From Penicillus capitatus (Eukaryota; Plantae; Chlorophyta), in the NCBI GenBank assembly GCA_965649825.1, contig OZ287700.1:1116001-1180000 (forward strand): a stretch of 64,000 nt of DNA, written 5' to 3'. A model generated the notes under the pieces. That model searched no databases, was not told where the DNA came from, and was given only the letters and a program-made list of their open reading frames with translations. Made by a program: the position numbers and the translations under genes. Of this stretch, positions 39,151-50,530 are shown piece after piece; position 1 is the stretch's first letter; each line of letters starts with the position of its first letter.

Positions 39151-42100
39151 CGTCCTCAACGACAGCTTGTTAAACTCAGTTCTCATCACCATCTTAACTT
39201 CATCAGAGCGATCATTCGAGAGTAGACTGCCTATCTTGTGCAGAAGAGGAAATTCCCGAGGCACCTCGCCGAGCGATTTGGCCAGTTGGGCGGCAAAACC
39301 GATTCGCACATTTCGATCTTTGATCTTGCATGCCTTTCGCCCGAGTTCAGCCAGTTTCTGCTCTTGAGCCGGACAGGCGATAAGCAGTTGCGGAATTTGC
39401 TTCACATACATTTGTCGTCCAGCGTCGTCCAGTAGTTGATAGTTCACTTTACGAAACTGTTTGGCGATGAACGCCGTATGTTCTGATACGGACTGGATGA
39501 GAAATGGAATCTGCTCCAAAATGAGGCAACCGATTTGTGATCGACTCAACTCATTCAGCTGGGCAAAGTGCATGAGAATCAACTCCTCTGCCCTTTCTGG
39601 ACATGCCTGCGCAAATCGAGGAAGATTTCTGATGGCTCTTGCATTTTCTTCAGGTTCGTCACCCAAAAGCATTTCATAGTGCAAACGCATATCCTCCTCC
39701 GTGCAAGCTCGATCGATCGAGAACGAATCGGACAGTAAAGAATTCTTAAATTGCATCTTCTGAGTCGCCTGATCGATCGATGACGACGCATCCATAGAGG
39801 AGGTGCTGAGAGAATAGCATTCAAACTTCTTAGACGCTCGGATTGAAGTCCACTTCCTTTTGCGTGGACTTGAGAGTTCGCCACTATCTTGTGAAAGCGA
39901 GAGGCTGTTCAGATCGACCGTTTCTTCCTTCTTAACAGCAAATTTGCGTTTCGCTTTGTCCAGAAGACTGTGCGTGTGCTTGGGAAACGCACTGCAGATG
40001 TTGGATACTTCAGACAAAACCTCGTGGATCAAGCTGTGCAGCTCTTTCTTCTCTCCCAAAACAGTCAGGAGTTGTGAGATCGCTTTCACAATGGGCTCCA
40101 CCGTTTCGAGAAACGTTGTCTCATATTTTCCTTTTCTTTTGGTGACGGCGAGATAGCCTTCCACTAGGCGAAGCTTCAAAACAGCATGTTGGAATCCAAA
40201 CACTTCCACCTGATCTGCATCCACCGATGCTAACATTCTCTGAAATCCCTCGACTCCCTGCGCACGACTGACTTCTTCTGCCATGAAGCACAGCATGACT
40301 CTGTATTCTCGATAGTACTTATTTGCTGTGACAAATCTCGATACCATGTAAGCGCTGTCTCCTCCTTCCAAAAGGTTTGTGGCAAGGTGACATGCTGCGA
40401 AGTACTCCTGGAAGGTCAGATGTGGAAACTGGTAATCACTTCCTGCCAGTTCCAGAAGCAAGAAGGCACAGTTCTTGACGACCTCATCCAGGTGTGCCTC
40501 ATCGATGTGCTCATGCACTAAGTACTGACTGATGATGATCTGCCCCTGATGTAGGGCATCGAATCCAATAGCCCCTAACTTTTCGAAAGCGGTCGAGCGC
40601 TGTGCATTCTTGATTCCATACTTCTCAACGAATCGATCCCAAATAAAGTGCGTCATGCTTCGGTAGAGCAACAGGATACTGCCATTGATTCTTTCGCGCT
40701 GGAGAACCTCTGCCTCTTCCTTCCACAGAAAACAGAGAATGAGAGTGTTCACCGGCACATGAGCAATTTCCCAAATGGCTTTGTTCTCCATCAAGAACCG
40801 TTCGAGAAGCCGAGCTTTCTCTTTCACAAGATCGCTATAAATGTACGAGAGAAGCTGTTTGTCGTTCATGCCGATGCATTCGACCTCGATATCGATCAGT
40901 TTCCTTTCATCGTGCATGCCGTAAGGACGACTCAGCATCAGCAACGATGTATCTCCATACTTTGCTTGATGCAAAATCTCTTCACATGCGGCAGCACCTT
41001 CATCGAGACCGTCCAGGATGACCAGCGTCGATGTGGACTTCAGATCTTCGTTGATAGTCTCGACGAGAAGTCTGAATTCCTCTTCGTCGTTCTTGCGCAA
41101 AAAGCAGACGTTTGCAATGGCAGTGGCCAACGATTTCTCTCGACGGACAGTCATATCATCATAGTCTTTCGATTGAAGTCTGCGCACGGGTAGCAAATAG
41201 ACACTACGAAACCGCTTCCCCCATTCGCCAGTCGACCAGAGATGGGCCAATTTACGACTCAATGTTGTCTTGCCTGTTCCTGGGTTTCCAACCAAAAGGA
41301 CTTTGGTGATATGTTGAGCAGCATGACCTGGCTCCAGACATCTGTCTTCGAAAAGTTCGCGGATCGGAATCGGACTCTTGTCGAGATCAAGTCGTTCGCG
41401 GTACACGGTCGGTTGATGTTCCAGATCCAGTTCTTCGATGCTGCTGTCATCGCTTTCTTGTACCGCTTCCAGAAGCATCAGCTGACTCTTCATCAGTTTG
41501 ACATGCTTTGCAGGTTGGCCTTCGAACATGGAACTCGCTGTTGTGAAGCTTGGCTCTTGATATCTTAATCTGAGCTCCTCGCGAATCTTCTCGATGTCCC
41601 TTTGTGCTCGAAAAATCTCAATGTACTCCACTGCTAAATCGAAAAGACAATTCGATACGACAGGTTGTGAATCGGAGATCTGGGAAGACAGTTTTTCAGC
41701 AAGGCTTTTCGAACCGAGCCAAGTTTCTATATCAAAAGAAACTTTGCTGTGGCATCCAGACGCTATCAATGTCTCTAAAGCGACAACGACATCAGCTGCA
41801 GCACTTCTTTTCAGTTCACCGTGTACAGAGAGTAATGCATCCAGCAATGCTTCAAATATCTCTGCATCTTCACCCCATCCATCGCATGCCGAGCGTTCGC
41901 AGACGGCGCGCTCTCCCAGATTCAGAAGCAGCGCGAGGGATTCGGAACGTACATCGCTTGTTGGACTATGAATACAGAGCATACGAATCTGATCAATCAT
42001 GCCATACCGAAGGGCCTTACGAACTTCCTTCTTCATGGAAAGAGCGACAGCGCATTTCTCTCGGAAGCATTCCTTGAATGCTTCAAAGAATTTTGGTTGG

Positions 42101-43093
42101 CGAATGGTTTTCAGACTGGCCTGATATACATCCAGGAGATCGTCGTGCCATTTCTTATCCTTAATCGTCCGGCTACTGACAGCAGTTCTCACATTGCTTA
42201 GAGCAGATTCAAATGCTCCATGATCAAATTCGAAAGCTGCCAGAGATCGGACGCCTTGCATGGCACACAGGATTCCATACGCACCAAAGAAAAAACGGCG
42301 GCAGCCGTCCAGAAGCACCGAACGCTGCCCTTCTTTCTCCAGCATCTTCAAACTTTGCGCGATCAACATTGCCTGATAGCAATATGGATAATAATGCCGT
42401 TCTTTGGCGATATTCTCTAAGGCTTGCTTATATCTTTGATAGACTCCTTGATCGTCTGCAGGGTCCAGTTGTTTGCTTGCCACTTTCTTGATGCAGATGA
42501 GCGCTTGATGGAGAGCAAAGAGCGTGGCTCCGTGGGTCGGGTACGTTTCTTTGGTCAATGGAGTGCCTTGAGGATTCAGTTTCGCCAGCATGTCATTGGC
42601 GAGCTGCATGAGATGTGATGGATCGCCTTCGAAGATCACGACATCTATCTTCTCCAAGGCACTATCCAGTGTCTCCATCAGTTCCTTGCCGACATAGGTA
42701 TCTCTGGTTTTCTCGCACAAACTACAAAACCAATTCCGCAGTAGCTCTCTGCTGAAACTGGAGTGCGAATTCAGATTTCCAAGAAGGGCATATTCTCTCA
42801 GTTCGGCTGAATTGGCAGTGTAGAGATTATGTTCTGAAAATCTCTTAATGCATGCGCTTAACCATTCAGAGACGCCAGGCAGAGTAGACCAAGGACCGCT
42901 TCTATTGAGGGCGTCTACAAAACTTCTGGTATCTGACACCTCTCTCTTCGATACAGACTCTTGTAGGGGACCTCAACATCGTTGCCATTCGTGATCGATT
43001 CGATAGGAGACCCGTTTTCTCACTTGGACCATCTTCTCCAGGAAAGGGACGCGTTGTCGTTTCCGGGTGTTCTTCGCGGTCTGTCGTGTACAT
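38911..43093 (-). CDS. NLR-like NACHT protein 1: helical N-terminal domain, NACHT, degenerate HEAT repeats, C-terminal cap; predicted 52-nt intron 43023-42972
   Basis: Walker A LLVGNPGTGKTT, Walker B LVILDGLDE, AHVPVNTLIL, winged-helix YQFPHLTFQEYFAA; 4-kb exon; upstream exon MYTTDREE..DGPS joins in frame via gtgaga..ttgag. Confidence 0.9.
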
Positions 43094-43317
43094 AGCCGAC
43101 TGTGGATAACGATGCTCTGTGCTCTAGCGTGCAACTGTTGCCGTGACAATCTGTCGTTCTTCCTTTCTGCGTGCGATGACGCATCAACAGCGACCAGGCA
43201 CATTCGACATCAGCATCTATTTGACGGTTACCAAAGACGCGTGGGTTCTTCTACACTCAACGGTAAAGAAGTTCATCTCGGGTCAGCAGTCCATACAGCG
43301 TTCCGGTGAAGCCAGTA

Positions 43318-44740
43318 CTATTTCTCAATGGAACTCGTTTGGACATGCTCTCTGGCTAAAGGCTCGTAGAAAACAAAAGTTCGGTTGTATGCTTCTGGCA
43401 ATTCCGCAAAGACCATCTGTTTGTGCGGTTCGGAGATTATCTGGCCAATGCTGTTGATGTCCTGCACAAACATACCGAGAGGATCAGTGACCGCTTTTGG
43501 GTATGTCTTGTAGGCGGAGGCGGCATTTTTCTTGATCAGTTGAAGCTTTTCCACAGCGACCGCCGCTGGATCCGTCATATACTGTCAAAAACTGTCCATT
43601 AGAAACAGAAGGCGCACCTATTCGCGCTCCTGAAGTGAAATGCATGATACGCAAGATGTAGACATGAGCAATGATCTTGCACAGTGCTTCAATCTGTTGC
43701 GCACTCTTCTCACCATCAACAGCATCTCTTGCGAGCTGCTTTACATACATCTCATATCTCTCGACCTACAAATGACCTCCCCGCTTAACGGGCATTGTTA
43801 CGAACAGATCGCACAGCATCTTCTGCTTTGATATTCTGATCTTCGAGTCCAGGGCTGTTCTGAACAAAACTTTCAAAATCGTTTAGGAGACAGGCCCCTC
43901 GATCGAGCTGCCTCTTCGAAGACACGTAATGCATGGCTTCCATGTTGAAATCTCCGATATCTACCAAAGCAGACGTGAGTTAAAGAAGCACACCGAAGAA
44001 GATCGGAGGACCGTTCGCATGTGCAAAAAACTCGAGAACTTCGGCAATGGCCTGTTCTACAGCACGATGTCCTCGTGCCAGATTTGCAATAACGGTTCCG
44101 TATCGATCTGCTTCGAACTCCCATTTCTCAAAACGTTTCAGATTCTCTGCCCCTTCGCTGAGCGCTCCTGTACTCTAAACCCAATTCATGATGCACCACA
44201 GCGGCACGTCAACGTGTTTACTTGCAACAATTCTAGCGTCCTTGCAAGACGGTTGTGAAAAGGCATATCCGGGTCATGGGTGACATCCGAACGAAAACTC
44301 TGCACTTCCAGATCCTCCAAGTTCCCGTTCTCTCTCCCTGCTCCCCAATTCTTCAACTGAGCCCACCCGCATGTTGCTCAGTAGGTAACTGCTTTCTTCT
44401 TCAGTGTAGTACCGTGACGTAATCTAGTCGTCCCTCTGCTGCTTCTTTTGGATCAATTGGCCTGGTGTCACCCCTTTGTAGAGATCGAAAAACATTCTTT
44501 ACTGTCTATGACATCACAACGTCATCTCTCTTCTCTCATTTGTTGGAGAGAACCACATGCTTTTTTCGTCTCCGTGCGTTTCTTTCGGCTGTGGACGTTC
44601 TTTTTTGAACGTGGCTCGCCAAATCCTTTCTGTGCACGACAAAGCAAACTGCACTCCGCAAATGCTTCGTGTCCTCTCTTTGTCCAGCGGTGCATCACTT
44701 ATGGGTTCGTTGTGAAATGACACGTGTCGACACACGTCCA
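43318..44740 (-). CDS. Divergent heme-oxygenase-like protein (plant HO1/HO2 fold), multi-exon; 5' end uncertain
   Basis: Segments colinear with plant HO: LLQ|STGALSEG vs LHTKDQAKEG, KWEFEADRY vs KWEPTVEGY, LDRGACLLNDFESF vs LERAEKLSTDLEWF, YVKQLA, IAHVYILRIMHFTSGARIG vs ICHFYNIYFAHSAGGRMIG. Confidence 0.6.
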
Positions 44741-44853
44741 TTGTCGGTCATTTTCTATTCAACCCATTGCGAAGCACCGACATCTGTTGCTTACACGAAA
44801 GAGAGCGCAAAGGGACTTGTTGCAGCGCAAACACTCTTTACATGTCACAAACA

Positions 44854-46690
44854 ATGGCCGACTGGGATGTACAAAAGAAGGCGCTACTGCCTTACTTACA
44901 GGTTCCCAGCTTCCTCCCTCGTCTCTCTCTGTAACGCGTCATTTTCGCAGCGAGCGGCAGAAATAGAAGCGGTGGACCCCAAAGTCGCTTACTACTGTCG
45001 TCTATACGCTGTCGAGCAGGCAAAAGCCGGTTGACGTGTTTCACATGTTTTAAGAGTATGTTTGTGCTCAACGTAGGGTATTAAGCTCGAACATCGAGAT
45101 CAGAGAGCGGAAGACCTGTTGGAATTGGTTCTGAACCAACTGGAAAAGGACAAGCCTCATCTCGTCCTCGACACCACCGTAGATTTAGAACACTGCGAGA
45201 GATTTGCCTTGAATGTCTATGTCAAAGCCAAGCGGCGAGACGAACAAGGCAACTCGGACAGAGACACCGCCAAAGCATACTATGCTGCATTCAATTTCAT
45301 CGAGGTTTGTCTTTGGATGAAAATGAAATGACAGGACAGGATAATGTACGGTGCATGCAGATTTTGAAGCAGTTTGGGCCGTTGTCGGCTGAAGTGGAGA
45401 AAGAACGCCGGTTTGCAGTATTTCGCGCTGCCGAAATCAAAAGGTGCTTAGATGAAGGGAAGGATCCGCCGGTGCTCGTACCATCCGCTTCAAACGATGT
45501 CAACAATGTCGTCACAGAACCAACTCTTTCTCAGAATCAGGGAGGGCCACCATTGAGTGAGCGAGCGATCGATACCTTTTCACTACGCGAATGGCGGCAC
45601 CATGGATGTCATCTAGTTGATTACGACCCGGGCTATGTCATTGGGAGCAAAATCTTATTCATGGACGGGGAATCTAGATTACTCAGAAAGGGCTTCATTA
45701 GTGGGAAAGCACCAGAAGGTATTAACAGTTCTCACTCTTTTTTGGAAACGTGATTGTGTCACAGTGGGTGGATTCTTCAATATTGAATCTGAGGATGGGA
45801 GCGAACGTCAACTGGGGGCGCTTTTTCTAGCACCCGATCTGGCAGAAGGTGACGAAGTAACTTACTTTTTCCCAGACGGTCGCCAACTGCAGGGATCCAT
45901 CACCGAAATGCACGCGGCTGAATGGTACCTCTCTTCTATAGCAGATTCGGCACAGAGTACTCAACGAGAATGCTGCATTGTCTTTAGGCCACCAACATAT
46001 GATCTGAAGCTAGAAGACGATACCATCTGCACTGTTACACATTCGCAGTTCGTTTTGAATTCTGATCCTATCACAGCTGAAGAGTCCAGAACACTGGACG
46101 AAGCGCTGGTCGATGCTGTCATGGAAAGCACAACATCTATCACAGCGACTCCGGAGCCATCCGGGGAAGCGGAAGCACGAGGAGCCGTTCGCAAAACCGG
46201 TTCATGGTTGAAGACAAAGACATCCAGTCGGAAACACATGTGCATCTTACAGAATCCAATCTCGCCGCCAGCAGAAGCTTCAAACTCTGCCACATCTGTT
46301 CCGGAAGATGCCATGTCGCTTGTTCCATCTGAACCTCCTCCGCGTTACAGTCTGCAAGAGAAGCCTCTGACACCAGAACAGTATTACACAGAAGAATACG
46401 GTTATCAGGACGAGCAGCAGCAGCCGCAGTCGCAGCAGCCCGTCGTCGAAGTTGTAAACCGTGCTACCGTCAGTCAGGAAAGTGCTCCGCCTTTATCATT
46501 GCCACCGCCGCCAATTTCAATTCCAAGACAAGCAGATTTTAAGCCAAATGCTGTTGCCATGCAACGAGCAGCGAGATGTGCGCAGAATGCGACAGCAGCA
46601 TTGAATTTCAGTGATGCAGAGCATGCCATTCAGTGCTTGCAGGCTGCCTTAAAGTGTTTGACTCAACCATCGACCGATTCGTTGCCGTGA
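44854..46690 (+). CDS. VTA1: ESCRT regulator VTA1/LIP5 (MIT domains + C-terminal VSL) with a large central insertion, multi-exon
   Basis: ALLPYLQRAAEIEAVDPKVAYYCRLYA, TAKAYYAA, FRAAEIKRCLDEGKDP; C-terminal AARCAQNATAALNFSDAEHAIQCLQAALKCLT. Confidence 0.92.
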
Positions 46691-46870
46691 AATGCATTCC
46701 ATTCCATTTATTCGTACATTCGTGAAAAACTGGACGTGCGCTTTCGTATGTCGCTCTCGTTGTGTGTGTAAACATTGTCAAGCGCAAATCAGTGACGATT
46801 AAGAAGAGAAATGATGTTTCAAATCACGGATCCATACAAACAGCTGCTCTATAAGGCGGCCGAGATTCAA

Positions 46871-47330
46871 TCACTTTTTGAAAGCTGAAGAGATTTTTGA
46901 GATTCCCGCTTTGCCAGCTGCAGCACAGAATGTACCTCCCTTCCTACAGTCATGCGTCTAAAATGGCACGATGTATAACAGATGCGTACTTGGCATACTG
47001 CACGCCATCCGTCCGAGCCCATTGCGCACCCTTTACGGTGCCATCTTTTGTGGCGGTGGCTGCTTTCTTGGCATACTGTACGCCATCAGTCCGAGCCCAC
47101 TGCGCACCCTTCACGGTGCCCTCTTTCGTAGCAGTGGCTGCTTTCTTGGCATACTGTACGCCATCAGTCCGAGCCCACTGCGCACCCTTCACGGTGCCAT
47201 CTTTTGTGGCAGTGGCTGCTTTCTTGGCATACTGTACGCCATCAGTCCGAGCCCATTGCGCACCAGCGCTCACTCCACGCGCCGTTGCTTTAGCTGCTTC
47301 TTTTGTCTTCTCAGTAAAACTTTGAAACAT
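46871..47330 (-). CDS. Small Ala/Lys/Thr-rich protein built from 26-aa tandem repeats (LEA-like composition), one intron
   Basis: GAQWARTDGVQYAKKAATATKDGTVK repeats; gtacgc..ctgtag intron gives terminal KGGTFCAAAGKAGISKISSAFKK*. Confidence 0.7.
46989..47264. repeat. 78-nt coding tandem repeat, about 3.5 near-identical copies
   Basis: cttggcatac recurs at 46989, 47067, 47145 and 47223. Confidence 0.95.
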
Positions 47331-47628
47331 AGTTGGTCGAAATCACAGTTCAGAAACGCAGATTCGATAATTGACGGATAGAACGACACTTTATATCTTA
47401 TAGCATTGTGGCAAAGAGAAGCTTTACAAATCATGATGTCATCTTGTCATCAAGTACCGGAGCGCTTCTGCCTCGCTATGTGCCGCCGATGGAGCAGGAC
47501 GTCACTGCTTCTTAACAATACCCAATAGCCAGTCGATGATGTACTTCGGTTACGAATCAGCAAGATAAGCGCTCTAGTCAGCGACTCAGTCGAGAACCGC
47601 ATCGTCCGTCCAGATAGATTTCCATGAG

Positions 47629-47964
47629 ATGAGCTATCCCGGTGAGTGGGACTCGGGTTCGAGCAGATGTCGCATCTGCGGAAAGAAACAGACTTCTAAA
47701 CGTCTCTGCAGGCGATGCCTCAAGAAATGTTGCTCTCAATGCCTTCCCGAAGCCGATAGCTTCTGTTGCCAATGCAATGGGAATAGCCCCTTTCCGCCGG
47801 GCCACTGCTATCGATGTGGGACACGGGCAAAGGCGAAACGGCAATGTAAACTGTGCCTTCTAAAATGCTGTCATCAATGTTTGGGAAACCAAGAGCTTTG
47901 TCAATATTGTCAGTCGGACCTTGTACTTCTGGAGATGAGCGAAACGGAAATTGTATTTCACTGA
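47629..47964 (+). CDS. Small tandem zinc-finger-like Cys-rich protein (111 aa, 19 Cys)
   Basis: Two repeats of CxxC-x9-CxxC-x3-CCxxC-x6/7-(C)CxxC-like spacing. Confidence 0.65.
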   Translation: MSYPGEWDSGSSRCRICGKKQTSKRLCRRCLKKCCSQCLPEADSFCCQCNGNSPFPPGHCYRCGTRAKAKRQCKLCLLKCCHQCLGNQELCQYCQSDLVLLEMSETEIVFH

Positions 47965-50530
47965 CGGCATGAATTCGCTAGTTGAACTCGTTTTTGATTT
48001 TCATTTCTTGCTGAATGGCGAACATCGCTGTGTCATATCACCCCACGTTGTTGTCCACGTACGTGTCGTTTGATGAGAATAGCTGTTTTTTCAAAATTTT
48101 AGAAAGTGTGTTGATAGTCACTTATTAAAAAATGCCCAACATGGCCTTTTTCTACACAAACAATCCTTGGAAGAAAGGAAGACAATCTGGCAGATGGTAT
48201 GTGTGATCTCTGTGTATATGTCGTTGTTTTCAATACATGTACATCTTCCCTAATCAAATTGCATGTCCACGGCATTGTGGTTTTCCAAGAGGGAGATAAG
48301 ACACGTTCGGATGCGGTTTGACACGTGAACACTTATCATGGACGGTAAATTTCATTCATCACTAAATCCTCCTTGACCCGACTTGTCAAGATCATTCCGC
48401 AAGGATAACCGGGAGACCCTGTTTGTTGGGTTCTGACGCAGCCGATCGTCTGCGTCTGCTGAACGAATGGCTGCTCCAGTCGAATGCTGACATGTCAAGC
48501 ATTGTGAACGACGATCTGGAAAACGCTGTCCACTTCATCTTCATAATCTGTTGTCAAAATGACGTTCTCTCGAAGGATGTCCCGTTACAGATTCGATGTC
48601 TGCTATCTGAATGTTTTGGTTGAACAATGCGGGGTTGTATTGGATGTAACGAACTTATCTGTGCACGGCACGCTCGTGCTTAATTCGATTCGTATGTGCT
48701 TGGGGCGATGCAGAACTCTAATACGGTTTCGGCAGTCGTGTCTATTTCTTCCAAGCACACAGTCGATTTGCTATGGATTTCTCGCCTCTTCGCATTCTAT
48801 GTTATCTCCTTAGCAGATAAATCGTTAAATGTTAACCGATGGTAAGTTATGCACCCAAAGAGAGTAGTTTGAATCAGAAGTGTTAGAGCGCATAGCTCAA
48901 ATGAATCCCGGGTTCTGGAGTGTCCGCGAAGTCGGAAGAGCAAAAATCAATGGCCAATCATCCACCCTGCTATTATTCAGCACTCTTGTGATGTACTTTG
49001 TCCGAAGTGACTATGTTATCGATGCTACACTTCGTTCAACAATGTACTTTATTGATCGGTATCGGTATGCAGTGACTGCGATGAGCAGGTTTGATCATCG
49101 AAATTGTTTCCATGCGCTCTACAACGAAGTTATTGCTCGAAGGATGCAAGGTCATTCAAGACGTGGTGGACAGAACAAACGCGTACATGAAACGTAATGA
49201 TAAACACATAGTTATTGCAAACACATCATCACACGCACAGTAAAAAGACATAACTGTCATGCAGAGCTTTGTTAGGTGAATAGCGTGTAGACACTTCACT
49301 GTTCGAAAACGACATCTTCATCACCCAACTTCGCCATCTTCAGAAACCTTCATTATCAGGTTCGATCACCCCGCACAGATTCTGTTGAGCATACAAGAGA
49401 TGAGTTCGAGATTGCATAGGGTTTCTAGTTAGGGGCATATGGGTAATCCCATGTACAGGTTGGTCATGAACAGTACATTATCAGGAACAATAGTATCATT
49501 TGTTTTCATTTTAATCATGTTCGAGGAACCTTTTGACGAGCACTTTGCGTAAGAATGCGGCAAGTGGCGTGAGCGAGTCCAATAAGAATAACGGACGGTC
49601 GGATAAAGAGTCAAGACAGTGGTGAACATAAGCAGGACAGGAGAAAAGATAAAAACGCGATTCCATCTGGTGACAATACGGGCACAAGTAGGTATTTGAA
49701 AGTCCTCGATCGAATAGGAGGCAGCTAGTGGCAGTTGGTTCGCTAAGAATTGACATAGAGATCGGAGATATCAAGAAGTTTTAACAAACCGTAAGATCAA
49801 ATAAACTGTGTAGTGTTATGATAGCATCCTTTTAACCTGTTTCGTTTTCAGCGAGCCTTCGAAAGAAGTCTATCGACTTATGCGCGTCGAGACTTTCCGA
49901 AATTAGACAAACAGATAACCTTACATCGACTGTGGTACGCGGTTTTACATGATCCGGTCACGTTAATTGATGACGACGTCTTGGATCAAGAGGTTGACGT
50001 CGCAGCGCCTATCCTATTCTCCGTAGAGCTTTTATGTTTCTGTTCTAAAGATCAGAAAGTCGACCGACTCGACAGGAGAACTCTCCCCGGTTTTCCTGTC
50101 TGTGTGGTCGCTGTCCGGGCCGTGCAGCGAACAATGCAGCGGAAGACTCGTTACAAGCTCGGAGCAGAATGTTTTTCTAGGTCAAATCGCATCTTCATCT
50201 ACTCAGAATGATGGGACTTCCTCGGCAGGTGAGTCAGTAGGCTCTCAGAGCCATAAAAACGTGCCCCTGATGAGTCACTCAGCGTCTCCTTAAGTGATGA
50301 ACCCTTCTTCAACAAGACAGAATGACATGACACCCTTGTCGAAGACAACAGTCTGTTAGTAGCACAAGTTATGATTGCCTAACCACGTTCGTTAGTTAAG
50401 GGCGACACGTTCCGTGGTACATCTTGTGTTCTCAAGTTAACATTCGTGTGCGCGCTTACGCCGTTGTTCGCGCGTGTTTTCGACTCCGAGTTTTTCAATT
50501 GCGTTACAAGATTTCCGGAAAGCTTTCAAA

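Noticed and set aside
42973-43203. Upstream ORF in frame with NLR1, separated by one TGA (possible readthrough or recoding)
   Set aside because: A typical 52-nt gtgaga..ttgag intron (43023-42972) contains the TGA and joins an ATG exon in frame
48400-50300. Short ORFs that could be spliced genes (also 56100-56620)
   Set aside because: No recognisable domains and no confident exon chain
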